A DNA stretch of 61,617 bases, filler included. It is 5 parts of 5 records of this genome, joined end to end, with 100 filler letters (N's around TTAATTAATTAA, not from the genome) between each part and the next. Parts side by side here need not be neighbours in the genome. Positions count along the whole stretch, not along the records: positions 47,702 to 55,419 come from SRR31156797_15830; positions 55,520 to 61,617 come from SRR31156797_15831; 3 more parts are not named here. One strand, given 5' to 3'. The notes beneath the pieces are model-generated. The model had not been told where the DNA came from. It saw only the letters and a program-made list of their open reading frames with translations, and did no database searches. Below, one piece after another: positions 54,042 to 61,617 of this stretch (within the stretch, counting starts at the first letter, position 1; every line of letters starts with the position of its first letter). The position numbers and the translations under genes are program-made.

Positions 54042-54872
54042 CTATACATTCTTCGATAAAAAGGCGAAGGCTTGATGGGCCGTATCGACAGCATCATGGC
54101 TGTGGCGGCTCAATTCGACACAGACAGATCCGACATAGCCGGAAGCCTTTAGTGCTTCCAAAACGGGCTGAAACTCGATTTCGCCCTCACCGAACATCAA
54201 GTGTTCGTGAACCGGGCGGCGCATATCTTCGATGTGGATGGTTCGGATTTCGTCACAATGCGTTTGAATGGTTTCCACAAGGGAGCAGGGTTCGGTGATG
54301 TGGGCATGCCCTATATCCAACGCCAGGCCCAACAGCGGGTGGTCGACCTCTTTTTTGAGCTGATCATAATCGGAAAGGCTCTCCACCAGCATGCCAGGTT
54401 CGGGCTCGAGAGCCAGTTCAACGCCATGCCTTTCGGCGGTTTCGCACAATATGCGGCAGGCCGTTACCAGCCAGCTCCGAGCCTGCTTGTGGTCGACCCC
54501 ATCTGGCCGTTGTCCCGCCCAGAAGGAGACGGTTTCGGCCTCTAGACAAGCGGACATTTCAATGGCTCTTTTAAGAAAAGTCAACCGCTGCTCCCTTTTT
54601 TGCGGGGTTTTTGAAATCAATGTGGGTTGATGCTTTTTCCACGGATCGAGCAAAAATCCGGCCCCTGTTTCAATGACACAACACATTTTTTTTCGATCCA
54701 GCAGCTGTTTGACGGCGGCGAGCTGTACATCGATATCCGGCGCCCAGGGATTGATGGCGTTGTGATCGATGGTGATGGCGACACTGCGATACCCGATGTC
54801 TGCAAGTATGGCAATCGTAACGAGCAGCGGGTGGCTTTTGAAGCCATTGGTGTTGTAGCCGAGGCGATACAT
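54042..54872 (-). CDS. Sugar-phosphate isomerase/epimerase (xylose-isomerase-like TIM barrel)
   Basis: Metal ligands LEPEPG, LDIGH, IHIED, VEL. N-terminal GYNTNG. Confidence 0.85.
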   Translation of the reverse strand: MYRLGYNTNGFKSHPLLVTIAILADIGYRSVAITIDHNAINPWAPDIDVQLAAVKQLLDRKKMCCVIETGAGFLLDPWKKHQPTLISKTPQKREQRLTFLKRAIEMSACLEAETVSFWAGQRPDGVDHKQARSWLVTACRILCETAERHGVELALEPEPGMLVESLSDYDQLKKEVDHPLLGLALDIGHAHITEPCSLVETIQTHCDEIRTIHIEDMRRPVHEHLMFGEGEIEFQPVLEALKASGYVGSVCVELSRHSHDAVDTAHQAFAFLSKNV

Positions 54873-54924
54873 GGCGGGGTTATACCACCCTTTTCGGAAA
54901 AAAGGTATTGGTTTCAAAGGGCAC

Positions 54925-54953
54925 TTGACCCGCACGCCAAAATTCGATAGTTT
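54925..54953 (+). promoter_or_regulatory. Sigma70-like promoter
   Basis: TTGACC-17 nt-TAGTTT. Confidence 0.5.
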
Positions 54954-55020
54954 TACAGGAAAATTAAAAAGCGTTTCACTTTTAAATGATGAAACGCTGC
55001 GACTGAGTTATGAAATAGGC

Positions 55021-55059
55021 AACAGCCACCCAGGCTCATAGAGGGTAGGCTGTTTTTTT
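55021..55059 (+). terminator. Intrinsic terminator in the pabA/trpG leader
   Basis: AACAGCC-ACCC...GGGT-A-GGCTGTT followed by a T-run. Confidence 0.65.
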
Positions 55060-55063
55060 ATTG

Positions 55064-55184
55064 GCCGATTTTGTACTAAACCCGATATCTGCGTTATGCT
55101 TCATCCCTCGTCACTGCGACGTACCTTCATGTACGACTCGTTCCTCGGGATTCGCAAGCCTTGATCTCTTAGTACCAAACCGGC
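55064..55184. mobile_element. 121-bp MITE/REP-like element
   Basis: Terminal inverted repeats GCCGATTTTGTACTAA / TTAGTACCAAACCGGC (2 mismatches) and internal hairpin CGTAC...GTACG. Confidence 0.6.
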
Positions 55185-55207
55185 GTCGAGCAAAAAAGGA
55201 ATCCTCC

Positions 55208-55419
55208 GTGGCCAAACTGTTGGTAATAGACAACTACGATTCATTCACCTACAATCTGGTGCAGATGTTCATGCAGTATGACCTTCGAATTGAAGTTCAT
55301 CGCTGCGACAAAATTTCCATCACCGATGTGGCTGCTGCATCGCCTGACTATATTCTCATCAGTCCTGGCCCCAAGGATCCGCAGCACGCCGGAATTTCGA
55401 TGGCAGTAATTGATGCCAT
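55208..55419 (+). CDS. Aminodeoxychorismate/anthranilate synthase component II (PabA/TrpG), 3'-truncated
   Basis: GTG start after AAAGGA, IDNYDSFTYNLVQ, ISPGP. Confidence 0.9.
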
Positions 55420-55519
55420 NNNNNNNNNNNNNNNNNNNNNNNNNNNNNNNNNNNNNNNNNNNNTTAATTAATTAANNNNNNNNNNNNNNNNNNNNNNNNN
55501 NNNNNNNNNNNNNNNNNNN
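55420..55519. other. Artificial contig linker
   Basis: N-run, TTAATTAATTAA, N-run. Confidence 0.99.
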
Positions 55520-58230
55520 TCCTGTAAGCTCAGGTATTCTTTTTCACGTCGCTTGCCCTGAAAATCTCTTATTTGTGCATAGTCTTTATTAACAGATTGA
55601 ATGTATTCTTCGTTTTTTGCAATCAGGTTTGAAACCACATTAACGGCCAACGAGGCATCTTTAACATGAATGGCCGGTGCCGAATATTCAGGTTCAATTT
55701 TAACAGCTGTATGAATTTTAGAGGTAGTAGCCCCACCAATAAGAACCGGAATATCCAGTTTACGACGTTCCATTTCTTTTGCAAATTCCACCATAATCTC
55801 CAACGATGGTGTGATCAATCCACTTAACCCAATAACATCTACTTTATGCTTTAATGCTTCATCAATAATTTTATCGGTTGGAACCATTACTCCCAGATCG
55901 ATAATTTTGTAGTTGTTACAGGCCAGTACTACTCCAACAATGTTCTTCCCAATATCGTGAACATCGCCTTTAACGGTTGCCATTAAAATTTTTTTCTGCT
56001 CGGTAGAGTTTTTAAATTTTGCTTTGTCGGCTTCAATGTAAGGCAGCAAAAAGGCTACCGCTTTTTTCATTACCCTGGCCGATTTTATTACCTGGGGCAG
56101 GAACATCTTTCCCGAACCGAAAAGTTTACCAACTACGTTCATCCCATCCATCAACGGGCCTTCAATAATATTCAGGGCAGGTGAATATTTTTCTACTGCC
56201 TCTGCCATATCTTTATCAACAAATTCAGGTAGACCTTTAACCAACGAGTGTTCAATCCGTTTTTCAAGTGACAGTTCCCGCCAAAGGTCTTTTTTCTCTT
56301 CTGTTTTGTTGTCTGACTTTATATTTTCTGCAAATTCGAGTAGACGCTCGGTGGCATCGGGGCGTTTGTTCAATACCAGATCTTCTATTTTCTCAAGCAG
56401 ATCTTTGGGTATTTCATCATAAATCTGAAGCATTCCAGGATTTACAATTCCCATATCCAATCCTGCATTTATGGCATGGAAAAGGAACACAGAATGCATA
56501 GCCTCGCGTACAACATTATTTCCTCTAAACGAAAATGAAACGTTACTAACACCAGCACTAACCTTGGCATATGGAAGGTTTTCTTTTATCCATTTTACCG
56601 ATTCAATAAAAGAAACTGCATAGTTGTTATGTTCTTCAATCCCTGTCCCAATGGTTAAAACGTTTGGATCATAAATGATATCCTGTGGCAGAAAGTCAAC
56701 CTTTTCAGTTAAAATCTTGTAAGCACGGCTGCAAATTTCTTTTCGGCGCTCAGTGGTATCTGCCTGACCTTTCTCGTCAAAAGCCATAACAATTACAGCA
56801 GCTCCATAGCGTTTAATGGTTTTAGCCTGCTGAATAAAAACTTCTTCGCCTTCTTTTAAGCTAATTGAATTTACGATGGCTTTTCCCTGCAAACATTTTA
56901 GTCCTGCCTCAATCACTTTCCATTTTGATGAGTCTATCATTATCGGAAGTTTGGCAATATCGGGTTCTGCCATTATCAGGTTCATAAAAGTGACCATTTC
57001 CTTTTCTGCATCCAACATGGCATCGTCCATGTTTACATCAATTACCTGGGCTCCATTTTCAACCTGGGCACGGGCAATTGAAAGTGCTTCCTCATATTGT
57101 TCTTCACGTATCAATCGGGCAAATTTCCGCGATCCGGCAACATTACAACGTTCACCTATATTTACAAAGTTGGTTTCTTCGGTAATGGTAACCGGTTCTA
57201 ATCCACTTAACCTGGTGTAGGCAGCTGGCTTGTTTATTGCGTGGGGATTTGCCTTGGCAGCTATTTCAGCAAAAGCATGAATATGAGCCGGGGTTGTTCC
57301 GCAACATCCCCCAATAATATTTACAAAGTTATTATCAAGATAGTCTTGCAAGTGCCCGGCCATTATCTCTGGTGTTTCGTCGTATTCTCCAAATTGATTT
57401 GGAAGTCCTGCATTAGGGTGCGCACTAATATGAAATGGTGCTTTCCCTGCCAGTTCTTTAACGTAAGGTCTTAAATCGGTAGCACCAAGCGAACAGTTTA
57501 ACCCAATACTTAACAGATCGACATGCGAAACCGAGTTTAAAAAGGCTTCCAATGTTTGACCCGAAAGGGTACGACCGCTGGCATCGGTGATGGTACCGGA
57601 AACCATTATTGGAAGCGTTGTATTACGTTCTTCCAATGCCTCTTCTATGGCAAAAATAGCTGCTTTGCCGTTTAAAGTATCGAATATGGTTTCAATCAGA
57701 AGCAAATCAACACCTCCATCCAGTAATCCCTCAACCTGCTCACGATAAGCCGCTTTTACTTCGTCGAAAGAGATGGCGCGGTAACCCGGATCATTTACAT
57801 CAGGCGATAATGAAAGTGTTTTGTTTGTTGGTCCTAATGATCCGGCAACAAAACGAGGTTTAGCGGGATTCTTACTGGTGTATAAATCTGCAGCTGTTCC
57901 GGCAATCTCAGCCGAAACTTTGTTCATTTCATAAACGAATTCTTCGGTGCCATAATCAGCCTGCGATATTTTTGTGGCATTAAAAGTATTGGTAAGCAGG
58001 ATGTCTGCTCCGGCTTCCAGGTATTTTGTATGAATTTCTTTTATGATTTCGGGATGGGTAATGGAAAGAATATCATTGTTTCCTTTTTGATCGTTTGGAT
58101 GATCTTTAAGTCGTTCTCCATGATAATCAGCTTCTGTTAATTTATATTCCTGAATTAAGGAACCCATTGCCCCGTCCATTACCAAAACGCGGCTTTTGAG
58201 TTCGGTTTTTATGTCTTTTTTGATGTTCAT
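55520..58230 (-). CDS. metH: B12-dependent methionine synthase (3'-truncated)
   Basis: [21 protein letters not shown], cobalamin-binding motif [17 protein letters not shown]. Confidence 0.97.
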
Positions 58231-58318
58231 TCTGTTGCTGCTCAATATCTAAATTTTGTTTGTGTTTTTCGGAGGCTTTACGACAAAACTACGCAGAGAA
58301 AGCGCAAAGGTTCACCAC

Positions 58319-59071
58319 TTACTTTAAAATTCTTATTTCGTTGTCTCCTTTTATACCAACCTTGTCTTCGCAAATAATAAGTAACGATTGAATCTCAGTA
58401 AAGTTTTCGGCATATTTGATTACTTTCTCCACATGGTCGGGCGACTTAACTCTGTTGCCCAAGGCGGTTGCTAATGCATCGGCTAAAAGTATATCTTCAC
58501 AAACTACAACCATGGCATCGGCCTTCCCATAACTTAACGATGGGCCAACGGTTCCTGCTGATGTACAGATACCTAATTTGTTGTTTTTAGCCGGAATTAC
58601 CAGACCAATTCGCTCAGACAAGATCGATTCGCCCGCAAACACAGATAAGACCAATTCATCTTGTAAAAGAACATAAATGTCTCCTCCATTCTCCACAATC
58701 AATTCTTTAACCGAAAAGTTTTTTAATATTTCTTCTCCAACCTCTCTGGCAAATAGTCCGGCAACAGCCGACATTGGTCCGGTACCGGCCTTGTTTGCTG
58801 CTGAGGCCATTTTTTGTGCTTCAACCGGTGCAATCTCTGATGGCTGAAAAGGTTTAAGGCTTTTTTTATAAAAAGGCTCTTTTTCAATATAGCTGTCAAA
58901 CACTTTTCTTAAGTCTTCCATTTTTGCAAGTGCTACAGTTCTCATTTTATCATGAAATGAAGAAGGATCAACGCCGATCCACAAATCTGTTTCCTGATGT
59001 TGTACTTCAAAACCTTTGAAGCGTTGGGTATTAAATTGAGTGCGGTATGTGCGCTCTTCAAATAAATTCAT
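58319..59071 (-). CDS. UPF0280 / ApbE-like protein (COG2122, MA1715-like)
   Basis: ETDL, GPMSAVAG, VENGGD, CTSAGTVG.S.S.G.AD, ADALATALGN. Confidence 0.88.
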   Translation of the reverse strand: MNLFEERTYRTQFNTQRFKGFEVQHQETDLWIGVDPSSFHDKMRTVALAKMEDLRKVFDSYIEKEPFYKKSLKPFQPSEIAPVEAQKMASAANKAGTGPMSAVAGLFAREVGEEILKNFSVKELIVENGGDIYVLLQDELVLSVFAGESILSERIGLVIPAKNNKLGICTSAGTVGPSLSYGKADAMVVVCEDILLADALATALGNRVKSPDHVEKVIKYAENFTEIQSLLIICEDKVGIKGDNEIRILK

Positions 59072-59167
59072 AAAATGATTTTGTTTTGTTCCTAAACAAT
59101 TCAGAATCGCAAGAGAAAATGTTTAGCAAATTTTGCCAAAGGCATCACCTTGTGAGGTATTCCTTTT

Positions 59168-59578
59168 TTATCTGAAATCAATTTCGAACAAATTTAATGG
59201 GCAAGCCGGTATACAGAGTTCACAAACCACGCATTTGCTTTTGTCAAATTCCAGGTTCCACGATTCTCTGTTCATGGTTAATGCACCAGCAAAACAAACT
59301 GCTGTACAGTTTCCGCAGTCGATACATTTTTCCTCTTTCCAGCGAATGCGTTTATCAATTAATTCGCAGGTAATTTTATGGCTTTTTATGTATTCAACAC
59401 CTTGTTCGATGTTCTCTTTTTTGCCATGTAATTCAAGTAAGAGACTTCCTCGTTTACCCGGATAAACTTCAGCTTTCAGAATATTAATGCGAATATCGTA
59501 ATCTTTTACCAAATGATAGGTGAAAGCTTTGTCTCCACTTTGTGGAGGAAAATTCAGGATATATCTTCTTTTAATCAT
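59168..59578 (-). CDS. NIL-domain 2[4Fe-4S] ferredoxin (MA1822/MJ0099-like)
   Basis: NIL motif INILKA, CIDCGNCTAVC and CVVCELCIPACP. Confidence 0.9.
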   Translation of the reverse strand: MIKRRYILNFPPQSGDKAFTYHLVKDYDIRINILKAEVYPGKRGSLLLELHGKKENIEQGVEYIKSHKITCELIDKRIRWKEEKCIDCGNCTAVCFAGALTMNRESWNLEFDKSKCVVCELCIPACPLNLFEIDFR

Positions 59579-60728
59579 TTTCTACCTCCGTTTCTTTTAG
59601 TCCGTTTAACGAAGTGTTGCTCGGAAACATTTGTACAGGTTTGTTTACCTCGAATTGTCCGTTTTGCAACCAGTCTTTTAATTCGGCAGCAATTTTACGT
59701 GCCTTTGACAGGCTTGCCACAGGCGCTGTACGAACCTTTTTGCCTTTTACTTTTATTGAGCCACTTTGCAACTCTTTGTAAGAAACTTGTCCTAATTTTG
59801 GCGTTCCTACTGTGCCGTAATCGAGTATCGATGTTTCAATCTGGCTATTGTTAATTGAAACTCGTTTGGCAATATCTGTGTTTAATACCGGAATGGGTAT
59901 ACCTATGCCAACAAACAAACTTACGCCATATTTTTCGTAATAAGCAGCACGAATGTAATCGGGCGACATTTCTTTTAAATTCCCCATAACCGCAATTGTG
60001 GCAGCATTGGTTACCGGTACTCCAAAATTATTTTTGGGCCGTGTGGTATGAAACTGAGTGCCTGGCCACACTACAAATCCCTGAGTTCCTCCAAGAAAGA
60101 TCCTGGTTCCCAAACCAATGGTTTTAAATTCAGGATCGTTAAGCAATGGGCTTAATTCGCCAGAGGTAGAATAGGTTGCATTTCGTAAATTGGGAAGCAA
60201 TGTTCCCATATAGGTGTGTTTTATTTTAGGGGTGGTATTCACTGCAACGTTGTAATTCTGATAGGCATTTCGCGGATTAAATAAGGTAAACTCATTTACC
60301 GTTTTAATATTGATGGTGGTTTTAATGTGCTTGCGTGGATAACAGTCGGTACCCTTAGCCCAGGCTTCCAAAACCACATCTTTGCCTTCCAGAAGATCTT
60401 GAATAACGTGTGCTCCTCCATATTTGGGATTGTCGGGATTACAGGCTGTTGCGCCAATATACGAGTCAACTGCGGCCAGTCCTTCGTAACAGGGTACGCC
60501 ATTTAATCTAATTTTTTCCATTCGAATAGGAGGATCGGCATGGCCGAAGTTTATGATGGCTCCCGATGAACACATGGCTCCGAATGTTGCTGTGGTTACC
60601 ACATCCACCTTTTCAACAATCTCTTCAGGAGACATATCTTTTGCCATTTCTGAGACTTCTTCAGCTGTTAGCACAATTGCTTCTCCGGATTTTAATTTCC
60701 GGTTTATTTCTTCGTATGTTTTTATCAT
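59571..60728 (-). CDS. DUF39 homocysteine biosynthesis protein (aspartate-semialdehyde sulfurtransferase, MA1821/MJ0100-like, no CBS domains)
   Basis: KTYEEIN, VDVVTTATFGAMCSSG, AAVDSYIGAT, YGGAHVI, GTDCYPR, NPRNAYQNY, SPLLNDP, GTRIFLGG. Confidence 0.92.
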   Translation of the reverse strand: MIKTYEEINRKLKSGEAIVLTAEEVSEMAKDMSPEEIVEKVDVVTTATFGAMCSSGAIINFGHADPPIRMEKIRLNGVPCYEGLAAVDSYIGATACNPDNPKYGGAHVIQDLLEGKDVVLEAWAKGTDCYPRKHIKTTINIKTVNEFTLFNPRNAYQNYNVAVNTTPKIKHTYMGTLLPNLRNATYSTSGELSPLLNDPEFKTIGLGTRIFLGGTQGFVVWPGTQFHTTRPKNNFGVPVTNAATIAVMGNLKEMSPDYIRAAYYEKYGVSLFVGIGIPIPVLNTDIAKRVSINNSQIETSILDYGTVGTPKLGQVSYKELQSGSIKVKGKKVRTAPVASLSKARKIAAELKDWLQNGQFEVNKPVQMFPSNTSLNGLKETEVEND

Positions 60729-60929
60729 GATTAAGGACGGAAGATTGTGACTATGAACAAAGATTGTTCGGATTAAGTCTGTCTATCTTCTATTTTAATA
60801 TTTAGAAATCTGTTTTTTGCTCTCTTTATCTGATGCGGCTGTAACCGCACACGCATACACATATTTGCTCCGTGCAAATAGCTGGTAAAAAATAATTTGT
60901 GGTGCAGTTTTTTCATCGATTGTGTTTTA

Positions 60930-61027
60930 ATTATAATTCCGTCACCGGCCGGGTATTGGCACCTTTTCATTTTTCTGAAGGTTGCCAGAGCTTCAAAGAG
61001 CCCGATCTCTCCACTCTTCTGTATAAT
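60930..61027 (-). ncRNA. SAM-I riboswitch
   Basis: Minus strand ATTATAC AGAAGAGTGGAGAGATCGGGCTCTTTGAAGCTCT GGCAACC...AAGGTGCCAAT...GGAA TTATAAT, consistent with the P1-P4 SAM-I consensus. Upstream of Met biosynthesis genes. Confidence 0.92.
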
Positions 61028-61064
61028 CAAACACCCTTTTTTTGAAAGAATATTTGATGTGATG

Positions 61065-61094
61065 CAAAGATAGTTGATTTTGCGATTTAACAAA
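61065..61094 (-). promoter_or_regulatory. Bacteroidota primary-sigma promoter
   Basis: Minus strand TTTG-18 nt-TATCTTTG just upstream of the riboswitch. Confidence 0.7.
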
Positions 61095-61227
61095 TTTATG
61101 GTGCTTAGTGTTAACTTTGTTTAAATGCAGTTTTCAAATTGTTGAACATTAAAACTTATAACAATGAAGTTAAAAGTAATCAACAAAATGATTTCAGGGG
61201 ACTGTGGTAAATCAGGTTTCAGAAAAA

Positions 61228-61617
61228 TCAGATACTGAAACTAAGGCCATCTTGCTTGAGCTGGTCGTATATTTTTACATCGAACGTGTAAAGTTTGGCT
61301 GCACGATGAGCCACACCAGTTTGTTTCTCGTTGGTGTCAACCAGCAGGTTCATATTTAATATCTTTTTTCTAAAATTCCGGGTATCCAGTTTCTTGTCGA
61401 GAATTATTTCGTACAAGGTTTGAAGTTCTGTTAAGGTAAATTTATCGGGTAACAAATGAAAACCAACAGGATGATATTTTACCTCACTACGTAGTTTTTT
61501 AACCGCTTCGTTAATGATATCAGCATGGTCGAAAAGCATTTTTGGCAGTTTGTCCACTTCAAACCATTGCAGAATCTTGGTTACTCCGGATTGTTTCATG
61601 TCGTGGTACTCCGGATT
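61228..61617 (-). CDS. NrtR-family Nudix transcriptional regulator (5'-truncated)
   Basis: LFDHADI, FTLTELQTLYEIIL...DTRNFRKKIL...HRAAKLY wHTH. Frame open to the window end. Confidence 0.88.
   Translation of the reverse strand, partial: NPEYHDMKQSGVTKILQWFEVDKLPKMLFDHADIINEAVKKLRSEVKYHPVGFHLLPDKFTLTELQTLYEIILDKKLDTRNFRKKILNMNLLVDTNEKQTGVAHRAAKLYTFDVKIYDQLKQDGLSFSI

Noticed and set aside
54960-55059. Classical Trp attenuator or ZTP/THF riboswitch
   Set aside because: No Trp codons in any leader ORF and consensus elements are missing or out of order.
10100-55519. Recurrent TTAATTAATTAA motif within N-runs, and ORFs running into X
   Set aside because: Concatenation spacers. The apparent ORF ends there are artefacts.
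1088-60750. Numerous short antisense or out-of-frame ORFs overlapping assigned genes
   Set aside because: Shadow ORFs without recognisable motifs or independent start signals.
60773-61093. 106-aa ORF upstream of DUF39
   Set aside because: Its 5' part spans the promoter and SAM-I aptamer. Only the 47-codon 3' part is kept as a possible uORF.

Overview
The window is not one locus. It is five contigs joined by artificial 100-nt N/TTAATTAATTAA linkers (10100-10199, 25617-25716, 47602-47701, 55420-55519). Taxonomic labels are inferred from protein style and promoter motifs, not from database searches. (1) 1-10099, Desulfobacterota-like: an extended 2-aminoethylphosphonate (AEP) catabolic operon (LysR, ABC transporter, phnX, pbfA-like, phnW, a D-2-hydroxyacid dehydrogenase-family gene), preceded by a MITE-like palindrome and followed by a ppk1 remnant. 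(2) 10200-25616, Desulfobacterota-like: dnaN-asparaginase-gyrB-gyrA-gpsA, then a B12-dependent diol dehydratase microcompartment locus (pduA, pduB, pduC). The locus has a PocR-domain sensor kinase, a NarL-type regulator, a stand-alone receiver, an uncharacterised membrane protein and a duplicated 56-bp operator-like module. (3) 25717-47601, Bacteroidota: a giant secreted protein, a four-helix-bundle gene flanked by inverted heptamer arrays, an AAA/DUF4143 ATPase with an operator-like palindrome, housekeeping genes and tRNA-Cys. (4) 47702-55419, Desulfobacterota-like: a gmd/glycosyltransferase/sulfotransferase operon with a long structured leader, an xylB pseudogene, an orphan TIM-barrel isomerase, and pabA/trpG with a leader terminator and a MITE. 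(5) 55520-61617, Bacteroidota: a SAM-I riboswitch-controlled operon joining methanogen-type homocysteine synthesis genes (DUF39, NIL-ferredoxin, UPF0280) to metH. The best candidates for new biology are the two-component-regulated Pdu locus with its novel permease, the Bacteroidota DUF39-metH operon, and the heptamer-flanked four-helix-bundle cassette.
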